NCBI GenBank assembly: GCA_964022095.1
Contig: CAXHZO010000002.1
Coordinates: forward strand, 288,001 to 352,000
Direction of reading: 5' to 3'
From: an uncultured Arcobacteraceae bacterium
GTDB taxonomy: Bacteria > Campylobacterota > Campylobacteria > Campylobacterales > Arcobacteraceae
Length of the DNA: 64,000 bases
Of the stretch, positions 41,518 to 51,061 are shown piece by piece. The notes below the pieces were generated by a model, which was not told the DNA's origin, made no database searches, and saw nothing but the letters and a program-made list of their open reading frames with translations. The position numbers and the translations under genes are program-made. Positions within the stretch are counted from its first letter, which is position 1. Each line of letters opens with the position of its first letter.

Positions 41518-42189
41518 CTAATTTTGAATAATAACTCCTGCAAATCTACCAGTATTTTTATCTTTTCTAAAAGAGTAAAATGGTTCATCTGCACATTTAG
41601 TACAAATTTCAGATACCCTAATATGATTTATTCCAACTTCTTCAAGGAGTTTTATATTTATTTTGTGTAAATCAATATTTTGTCCAATACAAAATTCTTG
41701 TCCAAAAGTAGTTTTTACAATTTGTAATAATTCATCACTAACTTCATAACAACATGCATGAATACTAGGTCCCATAATCACTTTAATATTTTGGGCTTGA
41801 CAATCTAATTCTTCAATCATTTTATTTGCAGTAATTTGAGCAATTTTTTGAAAAGTAGAGTTTCTACCTGCATGAACTGCTGCAATCACACCTTTTATTT
41901 CATCAAAAAATAGTATTGGGATACAATCTGCGACCATAACCATAAGTGGCAAATTTTTTTCAGTTGTAATTATTCCATCACAATTATCTATTAATTTTGA
42001 AGATTCTTTTGTGACTATTTGAACATTATTTCCATGAACTTGGTTCATATACACTAATTTTTTGGCTTCATAGCCTACTTTTTGAGCTAATTGTTCTCTA
42101 TTTTTATCAACATTCTCTTTTATATCATTTACATGATATGCTAAGTTTCCATCTTGTGTAGTACTAAAATAATATTTTATTTGATTCAT
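41518..42189 (-). CDS. pgeF: YfiH/PgeF family protein (laccase-domain purine nucleoside enzyme)
   Basis: NQVHG, ADCIP, HAG, GPSI..CCYEV, FYSFR. Confidence 0.9.
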   Translation of the reverse strand: MNQIKYYFSTTQDGNLAYHVNDIKENVDKNREQLAQKVGYEAKKLVYMNQVHGNNVQIVTKESSKLIDNCDGIITTEKNLPLMVMVADCIPILFFDEIKGVIAAVHAGRNSTFQKIAQITANKMIEELDCQAQNIKVIMGPSIHACCYEVSDELLQIVKTTFGQEFCIGQNIDLHKINIKLLEEVGINHIRVSEICTKCADEPFYSFRKDKNTGRFAGVIIQN

Positions 42190-42246
42190 AATTTCATCTT
42201 TATAGCTTTTTGATATAATTTAGCAAAATATTCTTAAGGAAAAGAT

Positions 42247-42855
42247 TTGAATAGATTTGATGAAGCAGCAAAAACTTGGGATCAAAAGCAATCAAGTATT
42301 GATAGTTCAAATGCTTGTGTAGATAATTTAGAAAAATACATAACACTGAAAAATGATGCAAAAATACTAGACTATGGATGTGGGACTGGATTTATTTCAT
42401 ACTCATTAAAGACTAAGACAAACTCTGTACTTGGTATGGATTATTCAGATGGTATGGTAAGCAGATTTAATGAAAAAGCAAAAGAGTTAGACTTTGATAA
42501 TATCAAAGCAATAAAACACAATATGAATGAAGATGAAATACAAAAAGATACATTTGATTTATTTATTTCTTCTATGACTATGCACCATATTAAAGATACA
42601 AATATGTTTGCTAAAAAAGCATATGAGTGTTTAGTAAAAGGTGGAGTTGTTTGTATAAATGACTTAGAAAAAGAAGATGGTACTTTTCATGCAAAACACA
42701 AAAATGACGGAGTTGAGCACTTTGGATATGCAAAAGAAGATGTCAAAAAAATCTTTGAAAATATAGGTTTTGAAATCATCTCTTGTGATACTGTTTATAT
42801 TCATGAAAGAAATGACAAAGAGTATCCCTTATTTAACTTAATAGCAAAAAAATAA
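42247..42855 (+). CDS. Class I SAM-dependent methyltransferase
   Basis: LDYGCGTG, MTMHHI, EDGTFH. Confidence 0.88.
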   Translation: MNRFDEAAKTWDQKQSSIDSSNACVDNLEKYITLKNDAKILDYGCGTGFISYSLKTKTNSVLGMDYSDGMVSRFNEKAKELDFDNIKAIKHNMNEDEIQKDTFDLFISSMTMHHIKDTNMFAKKAYECLVKGGVVCINDLEKEDGTFHAKHKNDGVEHFGYAKEDVKKIFENIGFEIISCDTVYIHERNDKEYPLFNLIAKK

Positions 42856-42865
42856 AAGGAAATAA

Positions 42866-43660
42866 ATGAGTAAAGAATTTGTATTATTTGGAAATCCAGT
42901 AGCACATTCAAAATCACCTCAAATGCAAAATGCAGGACTAAATCACTTAAAATTTGATGGTAATTATGATAAATTTCAGCTAGAAGATGGAAGTACTATT
43001 AAAGAAGTATTTTTAAATAAAGGTTTTAGTGGAGCTAATATAACTGTACCACACAAAGAGTTTGCATATGAAAATGCAGATGAAGTAAGAGGATTAGCAA
43101 ATAAAATTCATGCGGTAAATACATATATAAATGAAAATGGAAAAGTAATAGCATACAATACTGATGCTCCTGGATTTTTAAAAGCTATTGAATCTTTTGG
43201 AGTTGTTAAAAATGTATTACTTCTAGGTGCAGGAGGTACAGCAAAAGCAATTGCTCTAGCCTTACAAGAAAGTAATATAAATGTAACTGTATTAAATAGA
43301 AGTGAAGGAAAACTAGAATTTTTTAAAAATGAAAACATAAAATGTTCTACTTGGGATAGTTTTGAAGTGCAAGATTTTGATTTAGTAGTAAACTCTACAA
43401 GTGCTGGATTAAAAGATGATTATTTACCAGCTCCAGATGAGCTTTTAAACAAAGTTTTAGATAAAGCCTCTTCTGCTTTTGATTGTGTTTATGGAAAAAT
43501 CACACCATTTTTAGCGTTAGCTAAAGAAAAAAAATGTGAGATAAAAGATGGTGAAGATATGCTTTTATATCAAGGTGTCTTGGCGTTCGAATTATTTACG
43601 GGTCATAAAGCTGATGAAAAACTAGTAGAAGCTATGAGAAAAGGATTAAAAGGAGTATAA
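42866..43660 (+). CDS. aroE: Shikimate dehydrogenase
   Basis: GNPVAHSKSP, NITVPHK, NTD, GAGG, NRS, MLLYQG. Confidence 0.94.
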   Translation: MSKEFVLFGNPVAHSKSPQMQNAGLNHLKFDGNYDKFQLEDGSTIKEVFLNKGFSGANITVPHKEFAYENADEVRGLANKIHAVNTYINENGKVIAYNTDAPGFLKAIESFGVVKNVLLLGAGGTAKAIALALQESNINVTVLNRSEGKLEFFKNENIKCSTWDSFEVQDFDLVVNSTSAGLKDDYLPAPDELLNKVLDKASSAFDCVYGKITPFLALAKEKKCEIKDGEDMLLYQGVLAFELFTGHKADEKLVEAMRKGLKGV

Positions 43661-43671
43661 ACTCCTTTTTT
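43648..43671 (+). terminator. Intrinsic terminator overlapping the aroE stop
   Basis: aaaaggagt-ataa-actcctttt followed by further T residues. Confidence 0.65.
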
Positions 43672-43886
43672 CTTAAAAAACTTAATAAAATTCTATAATT
43701 ATTTTTTAATTTTGAAATTTATTCAAAAATATAAATTACCCTATAACTTTTAAATTATCGTAAAAAATCCATATTTAATTCTAAGATCTTACAAATTTTA
43801 AATATTGATACTTTTTATATCAATGTCTTTTTCATTATTTATTAAAATGAGTCATTTTTGAGACATTTCAAGAGTAAAATTAGATT

Positions 43887-44474
43887 ATGAAGTTTTTTAT
43901 ATTAGATAATCAAAATAGTATTAGTAATCAAATTGAATTGTTAAAAAACTTATTTATTAAAATTGATATAGTAAATGGAATGTTATTTGATAATCCAATT
44001 AAAGAGTATCAAAAAGATAGATATGATTTTCTTATAGTTGATTCAACACATAAAAACTCCCTTGAAGTTTTTACTAAAATTATTCAAATAAACCCTAATC
44101 AAAAGACTATAAATTATATTGAAAGAGTAACTTCAGAAAAACTAAAAACTTGCAAATATTGTAAAACAACTCATAATATAAGATGTCTTTTAAAGCCTTT
44201 TGATCTTTTAGAGCTTTATAATATTATTAAAGTTAAAGATAATACTTGTAAATTTTCAACTATATATGAAAAGAATGAAATAAAAGAGAATTTAGAACAT
44301 ATTTATTATAAAAATAGATATTATGAATTTGATACGAAAGAGAAAATATTTAAAGTTAAAAGTGGACACTCTAGCTCTTTAGTTATTCGTGAGCATATCA
44401 GTATAACTGACTTTTTAAGTGAACATAATATAGATTTTGACAACGAGTTATTTCCCCACATAAAAATTTATTAG
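43887..44474 (+). CDS. Atypical response-regulator receiver-like protein with a CxxC insert
   Basis: ILD, LIVD, LKPF receiver landmarks; CKYC. Confidence 0.55.
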   Translation: MKFFILDNQNSISNQIELLKNLFIKIDIVNGMLFDNPIKEYQKDRYDFLIVDSTHKNSLEVFTKIIQINPNQKTINYIERVTSEKLKTCKYCKTTHNIRCLLKPFDLLELYNIIKVKDNTCKFSTIYEKNEIKENLEHIYYKNRYYEFDTKEKIFKVKSGHSSSLVIREHISITDFLSEHNIDFDNELFPHIKIY

Positions 44475-44538
44475 TCTTTTCGATGCTATAGTTAAGTTAT
44501 ATTTTTATTCTATAATACAAAAAACTCAAAGGAATAAA

Positions 44539-44958
44539 ATGAAAAAAACTATTTTCTCTACACTTTTTCTTACATCAATAATCTCAAGTTTGTTTGCTCA
44601 AGAAATTGAATATGCTGAATATATTGCAAATGGGTCAAATTCAAGTTATACAAACTTAGATGCGATATTTAAAGTTACAAAAGGTGACAAAAGTACTTTA
44701 TATAGATATACAACTGGAAAATACTCAGGACTTGTAGAAAAACTTTGTACTGGTGAAACATTTCCTTTTCAAATTAGAAACACAAAAGATGGACAAAGAG
44801 ATGTAAATTCAATATGGTCCCCTATTCCTTACTTTGAAGCATATTATAAACTACAAAATAAAACTCTTGAACCGGGGATTAGATTAGTAACTAAAACTTC
44901 TAGTGATGGGAGTAAGCAAATATGTATGGAAGATTTAAAAACTTGTATAGATAGATAA
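44539..44958 (+). CDS. Secreted hypothetical protein
   Basis: AAGGA RBS; Sec signal peptide ending SLFA. Confidence 0.7.
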   Translation: MKKTIFSTLFLTSIISSLFAQEIEYAEYIANGSNSSYTNLDAIFKVTKGDKSTLYRYTTGKYSGLVEKLCTGETFPFQIRNTKDGQRDVNSIWSPIPYFEAYYKLQNKTLEPGIRLVTKTSSDGSKQICMEDLKTCIDR

Positions 44959-45029
44959 TATATAATATTAAATTATAAATATCCTATTATTAAAAGTTAT
45001 ATTTAAGTGAGTTTTATTTATAATTTTAT

Positions 45030-45076
45030 GTGTAGATTCACTAGCTCTCTCCAAGTGTATTGAATCTGCACTTTTT
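45030..45076 (+). ncRNA. Candidate small RNA: single hairpin with C/U-rich loop and U-tail
   Basis: TATAAT at 45019-45024, 11-bp stem gtgtagattca/tgaatctgcac, 20-nt loop containing ctctctcc, then T5. Confidence 0.4.
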
Positions 45077-45175
45077 ACTTAGTACATTAATAAGTTATTT
45101 TTTGTTTAATTTATTAAATTGAAATTCTCAAACTTTATGCTACAATATTTCTAATAAGACCTAAAAAGGCTAAAT

Positions 45176-47098
45176 ATGACTAAAGTAGTATTTATATTTC
45201 TTCTGATTATTAATTCTTTATTTGCTCAAGAAAAGAAAAATATAGTACTGCAATTAAATTGGCTAAACCAATTTCAATTTGCTGGATATTATGTAGCAAA
45301 AGAAAAAGGCTTTTACAAAAATGTAGGTTTAAATGTAACAATAAATGAGCTTAAAACTAAAAAAGAGTTAGTAAATTTAGTAAAAGAAGGTAAAGCAGAT
45401 TTTGCAGTTGGTCGTTCATCACTTCTATTAAATAAAATTAATGGAGACGATATTATAGCAATTGCAGCAATATATCAAAGTTCCCCATTGATGTTACTTA
45501 CAACAGATATTGAGAATATTAAATCTATTGATGATTTTAAAAATAAAAAGATTATGATAACTCCAGATGCTGAATATACAGCATCAATTACAGCTATGCT
45601 TCATGCTAATAATATTAAATATAACGACTTAGAAGTTTTAACACATAGCTTTAATATAGATGATTTAATAAATAAAAAAACTGATTTAATGGCAAGCTAT
45701 ATCTCAAATGAACCGGTTAAATTAGAACAAAAAGGTATTAGATATAATATCTTTCATCCAAAAAATTTTGGGTTTGATTTTTATAGTGACATTTTATTTA
45801 CTTCATCAAAATTCATAAAAGAAAATCCTACGACAACATTAGATTTTTATAAAGCAACAATAAAAGGTTGGGAGTATGCATTTAAAAACAAAATTCAAAC
45901 TGCTCAATTAATTTTTGATAAATACAATACTCAAAATAAAACTCTATTAAGTTTAAAAAAAGAAGCTGATTTATTAGAAAAATTAGCTATTGACAAAAAT
46001 GATAAAGAAATTGGTACTTTAGATGAAAAAAAACTACAAAGTATTTTAGATACATTTAAAGTTTTAGGATTGACTAAAAGTGATTTAGATTTTGATGATT
46101 TTATTTATGAAGAGAATAATCATAAAACATTAATTTTTGAGCTTTCAAAAGAACAACAAATTCTAGTTTTAATGTTTATTATGTTTACCTTGACAATATT
46201 TTTAGTAATTCTATATTCTACAAAACAAATTTATAACAAAAGAGAACTACTTTCTTCTGTATTAAATTCAAGTGATGATTTAATTTTTTATAAAGACAAA
46301 AAACTTAGATATATAGGATGTAATAAAGTTTTTGAAAAATTTGTAGAGTTACCTAAAGAAGTGTTAATGGGAAAAGATGACTTTGAAGTATTTGATAAAG
46401 AAACTGCAAATTTATTTCGAACTCATGATTTAAATGTATTAGATAAAAATAAACTTTTAGTTAATGATGAATGGTTAAATATAGATGGAAAATTAAGACT
46501 TTTTCAAACTAAAAAGATGCCATTTAAATATAGTTCAAGCTCTGGAATAGGAATACTTGGAGTAAGTAGAGATATTACAGATCTTTATGAAATTCAGAAA
46601 AAACTTGAAGAACAAGCTACTATTGATGATTTAACAAAAACATACAATAGAAAGCTTTTTAACGAAAGATTAGTTGAAAAAATAGAAATGTACAGAAGAT
46701 ATGATAGTATTTTTTGTATTGCTATGTTAGACATAGATGATTTTAAGAATATAAATGACACTTATGGTCATGATGTTGGAGATAAAGTTTTAATAAACAT
46801 CTGTAATATTATAAAAAAACATATTAGAAATACAGATATGCTTTTTAGGGTTGGTGGTGAAGAGTTTGTCATTATTTATCCTAAAAATGTTCTAAAAGAA
46901 GCCTATATATCAACTGAACATATTAGAAAAATGATTGAACAAAGTAGGATACTTGATAATATAAAAACTACAGTAAGTATTGGAGTAACTGAAGTTATTG
47001 AAAATGATGATGAAGATACTATTTTTAAAAGAGCAGATGATTTAATGTATTACTCTAAAAATAATGGTAAAAATAGAACCTCTAGATCTATAAATTAG
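45176..47098 (+). CDS. Diguanylate cyclase with NMT1/THI5-like periplasmic domain and PAS
   Basis: LQLNW..QFQFAGYY.A.EKGFY, TM helix, PAS (IFYKD..Y.GCN), RVGGEEF. Confidence 0.9.
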   Translation: MTKVVFIFLLIINSLFAQEKKNIVLQLNWLNQFQFAGYYVAKEKGFYKNVGLNVTINELKTKKELVNLVKEGKADFAVGRSSLLLNKINGDDIIAIAAIYQSSPLMLLTTDIENIKSIDDFKNKKIMITPDAEYTASITAMLHANNIKYNDLEVLTHSFNIDDLINKKTDLMASYISNEPVKLEQKGIRYNIFHPKNFGFDFYSDILFTSSKFIKENPTTTLDFYKATIKGWEYAFKNKIQTAQLIFDKYNTQNKTLLSLKKEADLLEKLAIDKNDKEIGTLDEKKLQSILDTFKVLGLTKSDLDFDDFIYEENNHKTLIFELSKEQQILVLMFIMFTLTIFLVILYSTKQIYNKRELLSSVLNSSDDLIFYKDKKLRYIGCNKVFEKFVELPKEVLMGKDDFEVFDKETANLFRTHDLNVLDKNKLLVNDEWLNIDGKLRLFQTKKMPFKYSSSSGIGILGVSRDITDLYEIQKKLEEQATIDDLTKTYNRKLFNERLVEKIEMYRRYDSIFCIAMLDIDDFKNINDTYGHDVGDKVLINICNIIKKHIRNTDMLFRVGGEEFVIIYPKNVLKEAYISTEHIRKMIEQSRILDNIKTTVSIGVTEVIENDDEDTIFKRADDLMYYSKNNGKNRTSRSIN

Positions 47099-47182
47099 CT
47101 CTTTCATCTTTTTTATAGCTACACTTTAGTAATATAACAAAAATTTGAAATAATACGTAATAGAATATGAAAAGGAAAGAGT

Positions 47183-47815
47183 TTGAAAAAGAAAAGTCAT
47201 ATTAAAAAAATATCTGATTATGCTATGGTAGGTGGACTTGGTGCCATATTAGTTACAGGGTTAGTAGGTTGTGATAATAAAGGCTCAAATAACCAACAAC
47301 AAGGTCAAAGTGATGCTTTTACACAAGCTAGTCAAAAACAAGGTGCATTTGTAATTGTTGAAGAATCAGTTGATGGTCAATACAAAATTGCAGATGAGTT
47401 CCCTGCTTCAAAAACTACAGTTGTTTTAAGAAAACCAGATAGAAGTGAAAGAATCTTAACTGAAGCAGAAATTCAAAAACTAGTAAAAGAAGAAGAAGCA
47501 AAAATTGATAATGGAACTTCAGCACTTACAAATCCAGAAATGTCTAATGGTGGAATGGGACTTGGTGGAGTTTTATTATCATCAATTGCTGGAGCTATGA
47601 TTGGATCGTGGTTAGGAAATAAATTATTCAACAATCAAAACTATCAAAATCAAAGAAAAACACAATATAAATCACCACAAACTTATAGTAGATCTCAAAA
47701 TTCTTTTAGTAAAGCAAAAAGTTCTTCTACTAAATCTTCTGCTTCTAAAAGTAGTGGTTTTTTTGGTAAAAAATCATCTTCTAGTTCTTCTAGAAGCTCA
47801 TTTTTTGGTGGGTAA
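47183..47815 (+). CDS. UPF0323-type lipoprotein (Cj0371-like) with Ser/Lys-rich tail
   Basis: Lipobox LVGC; glycine-rich helix; tail ending SSRSSFFGG. Confidence 0.82.
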   Translation: MKKKSHIKKISDYAMVGGLGAILVTGLVGCDNKGSNNQQQGQSDAFTQASQKQGAFVIVEESVDGQYKIADEFPASKTTVVLRKPDRSERILTEAEIQKLVKEEEAKIDNGTSALTNPEMSNGGMGLGGVLLSSIAGAMIGSWLGNKLFNNQNYQNQRKTQYKSPQTYSRSQNSFSKAKSSSTKSSASKSSGFFGKKSSSSSSRSSFFGG

Positions 47816-47817
47816 TT

Positions 47818-48996
47818 ATGGAACTATTAAAATTAAATCCATTAACTGATGAATACTTAGAGTCAATTGGCTTTGTATGGCATACAGATGAAGATAATAC
47901 ATCTTATGTGGCAAATGAAGTAGTTCAAATTAGTGAAGATGAAGCAAACGCTTTTTATGAAGCTACAAACGAACTTTATGATATGTTTTGTGAAGCTGGT
48001 GAGCATGTTATTGAAAATGATTTGTTTCATGAAATAAATATTCCTTTTAACTTAGTTGATCTTATTAAAGAGTCTTGGGAAAATGATGTTCATTGGCACT
48101 TATATTCAAGATTTGATTTAGCTGGTGGAATCGATGGAAAACCAATAAAACTAATAGAGTTTAATGCTGATACTCCAACATCACTTTTTGAAACAGCAAT
48201 AATACAATGGGCTATGTTAAAAGCAAATGGATTAGATGAAGCTAGCCAGTTTAATAATTTATATGATGCATTAAAAGATAATTTTAAAAGAATAATCACT
48301 CTTGATAGTGAAATAGAAAAGTTTGAAGAGTATTACAAAGAGTTAGGTTGGAAAATACTATTTACATCTATTAGTGGTTCAAGTGAAGATGAAAATACAA
48401 CAAAACTTCTTCAGCATATTGCAACTGAAGCTGGATTTAACACTGATTTTGAATTTATTGATAAAGTAAACTTCAGCGATGAAGGAATTTTCAAAGATGA
48501 CGAGTTATATGAGTTTTGGTTTAAACTTATTCCTTGGGAAGATATTGGTATTGATGAGGGTGAGTTAGCTCTTATTTTAACTGAAATTATCAAAGAGAAA
48601 AAAGGAATTATTTTTAATCCTGCATATACTTTAATGTTCCAATCAAAAGGTTTCATGAAAATACTTTGGGATTTATATCCAAATCACCCACTACTTTTAG
48701 AAACATCTTTTGAGCCATTAGAGGGTAAAAAACAAGTTGAAAAAAGATGTTTTGGACGAGAAGGTGCTAATACAAAAATTTTAAATGAAGATGGAAGTGT
48801 TGATGTGGAAACTCAAGGTGATTATGAAGGTCATAAAGCTATCTATCAAGAGTATGTAGAACTTCCTACTGATAGTTTAGGGAATTCATATCAAGCTGGA
48901 GTTTTCTATGCCTATGAAGCAGCTGGATTAGGTTTTAGAAGAGGTGAAAAGATCTTAAATAATATGTCTAAATTTGTAGGACACATCGTAAAATAA
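47818..48996 (+). CDS. Glutathionylspermidine synthase-family ATP-grasp ligase
   Basis: YSRFDL, EFNADTPTSL.E, FKLIPWE, QSK, GREGAN. Confidence 0.9.
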   Translation: MELLKLNPLTDEYLESIGFVWHTDEDNTSYVANEVVQISEDEANAFYEATNELYDMFCEAGEHVIENDLFHEINIPFNLVDLIKESWENDVHWHLYSRFDLAGGIDGKPIKLIEFNADTPTSLFETAIIQWAMLKANGLDEASQFNNLYDALKDNFKRIITLDSEIEKFEEYYKELGWKILFTSISGSSEDENTTKLLQHIATEAGFNTDFEFIDKVNFSDEGIFKDDELYEFWFKLIPWEDIGIDEGELALILTEIIKEKKGIIFNPAYTLMFQSKGFMKILWDLYPNHPLLLETSFEPLEGKKQVEKRCFGREGANTKILNEDGSVDVETQGDYEGHKAIYQEYVELPTDSLGNSYQAGVFYAYEAAGLGFRRGEKILNNMSKFVGHIVK

Positions 48997-49020
48997 ATAG
49001 GTAAAGTTTTACCTATTTAT
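48993..49020 (+). terminator. Intrinsic terminator-like hairpin
   Basis: ataaataggtaaa / tttacctatttat. Confidence 0.6.
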
Positions 49021-49109
49021 TCTCTATTTCTTCACGTATATTAAGTTGTTCATATAAATTAAGTAATAATTAGGTACATTATCTTTTTTAATTATCTACA
49101 AGGAAATAT

Positions 49110-50774
49110 ATGAAAAATTATATACAAAAACTAATTTTAGTTTTTCTTACAATATTCTTTTTTGCTGGTTGTACAATAAATACAACAGTAAAAGGAAAAG
49201 TTACTTCAGGTGAAGGTCAAACAATAGCAGGTGCAAATGTTATGTTATCATATGATGACAAAGCATTTGAAGTTACTACAAATCAGAAAGGTAATTACAC
49301 ATTAAATGTAGATTTACCAATTACACAAAAAACTAAGTTTACTGTATCACAAAATGGATATATAACATCAGAAAATACTACTTTAATATCATACTCGTAT
49401 TTAAATAAAATATTTACATATGATGTAGTTTTGTTATCAGATAAACCAGAAGTTATTACAGAATATGGTTCTATCTCAGGTAGTATCAAAGATATAAGCG
49501 GGAATATTCTTACTGATGCATCTATAATAATAGGTTCACAAACTATTAAAAGTGATGCAGAAGGTAAGTATACTATTACAAATATCGCAATAGGTGATAA
49601 TATTCCTGTTACAGTTGAAAAAGATGGGTACGCGCAAAATGCAAATGTAATCAATGTAAAAAAAGATGAAAATTCTAAATTGGATTTTATTTTAGTAGAA
49701 TATGATGTAGTAACTACATTTGATTCAACAATAGATAAAAGTATTGATGTTAAAAATGCAAATGTAAGTTTTACTGCTAATTCATTTGTAGATTCTAATG
49801 GAAATGATTATAGTGGTAATATTACAATTGAAGCTACATTTAATCATCCTTCAAGTTATGCAGGTCAAGTTTCTTTCCCTGGTAGATATGAAGGAACAAG
49901 AACAGACGGAAGTAGTACTTTACTTATTTCATATGGGTTTTTTAATATTGAATTGAAAGATGATTTAGGGAATAAATTAAATCTAAAAGATGGAGCATTA
50001 GCAACTCTTACTTATCCATCAATTAAAGGATTAAATCATAATTATGAATCTATTCCATTATGGTACTATGATACTGAAAAAGGTGACTGGATTGAAGAAG
50101 GGTTAGCTACTTATGATATCAATACACAAATATATACTGGAACAGTTTCTCATTTTACACCATGGAATCTAGATTATCCAGTCCAACCAAATGCAACTAT
50201 TAAGGGCAGAATTGTAGATATTAATGGTAATCCTCTTTCAGGTAGAGCTGTGAAGGCATATGGTCCAAGTTTAGGCTTTTATAGAGTTGGATGGCCTAAC
50301 TCAAATGGTGAGTTTGAGATAAATCTTACAGCGGGCTCTGATTTTAAGATTCAAGCGCAACATCAATTATATTTTACAACTGTTGAGCAAACTGCATTAG
50401 CAGTAAATGAAGTAAGAACATTATCAGAAGATATAGTTATAGATTATGATGAAAGTTTACAAAGAACAATTAATATAAAAGCTAATTTTTTAATAAAAGA
50501 CAACGAGGGGAATTATTATGATACATCTGATTTACGTTCAACTATAATAGTTAATAATCAGTATAAGTATGGAACAGGTTCTAATATTACTCAAGTTGGT
50601 TATGAAATCCCAATTAATGAAGCTAGAGGTATTTCAATAAAATTTACTCAAGGAGAATATACATACGTAAGTACTATCTCTGCGAATTCTATTCCTGCTG
50701 GTTACATAGGTGAAACTTTTGATATAGGAACAATTATTCTTCAAAAGGAACTGTTTCAATTAATTTATTATTAA
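49110..50774 (+). CDS. Surface lipoprotein with carboxypeptidase-regulatory-like beta-sandwich repeats
   Basis: Lipobox FAGC; repeated G.V....G.....A.V....T...G.Y pattern; IPLWYYD...G.W.EEG; VSHFT.WNLD. Confidence 0.78.
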   Translation: MKNYIQKLILVFLTIFFFAGCTINTTVKGKVTSGEGQTIAGANVMLSYDDKAFEVTTNQKGNYTLNVDLPITQKTKFTVSQNGYITSENTTLISYSYLNKIFTYDVVLLSDKPEVITEYGSISGSIKDISGNILTDASIIIGSQTIKSDAEGKYTITNIAIGDNIPVTVEKDGYAQNANVINVKKDENSKLDFILVEYDVVTTFDSTIDKSIDVKNANVSFTANSFVDSNGNDYSGNITIEATFNHPSSYAGQVSFPGRYEGTRTDGSSTLLISYGFFNIELKDDLGNKLNLKDGALATLTYPSIKGLNHNYESIPLWYYDTEKGDWIEEGLATYDINTQIYTGTVSHFTPWNLDYPVQPNATIKGRIVDINGNPLSGRAVKAYGPSLGFYRVGWPNSNGEFEINLTAGSDFKIQAQHQLYFTTVEQTALAVNEVRTLSEDIVIDYDESLQRTINIKANFLIKDNEGNYYDTSDLRSTIIVNNQYKYGTGSNITQVGYEIPINEARGISIKFTQGEYTYVSTISANSIPAGYIGETFDIGTIILQKELFQLIYY

Positions 50775-50810
50775 AAAGATAATCCAGGTTAAGCTTGGAT
50801 TATCTTTCTC
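50775..50810 (+). terminator. Intrinsic, probably bidirectional terminator
   Basis: aaagataatcca...tggattatcttt between convergent genes. Confidence 0.7.
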
Positions 50811-50863
50811 TATTAAAGGACATTAATGTTGAATATAAAAAAACTTACTTAATTTTATTTAGT

Positions 50864-51061
50864 TTACTTTACTCTTTGAGACCGTCCAAATACTAAATAC
50901 AAAATTGCACCAAGTACTGGCAAGCATAAAAGAACTACAATCCATATAATTTTATTATATCCTGTAAACTCATTCCTTAAAATATCTATGAGAACATAGA
51001 TAAACAGTACAAATCCAAATAGTAAAAATACTAAACTAAATAATCCACCAATTAATTCCAT
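50864..51061 (-). CDS. PLD-nuclease N-terminal (PLDc_N) small membrane protein
   Basis: K..W.......P..G.ILYL..GR. Confidence 0.82.
   Translation of the reverse strand: MELIGGLFSLVFLLFGFVLFIYVLIDILRNEFTGYNKIIWIVVLLCLPVLGAILYLVFGRSQRVK

Noticed and set aside
43803-43823. FNR box upstream of 43887
   Set aside because: TTGAT and ATCAA half-sites are separated by far more than the required 4 nt
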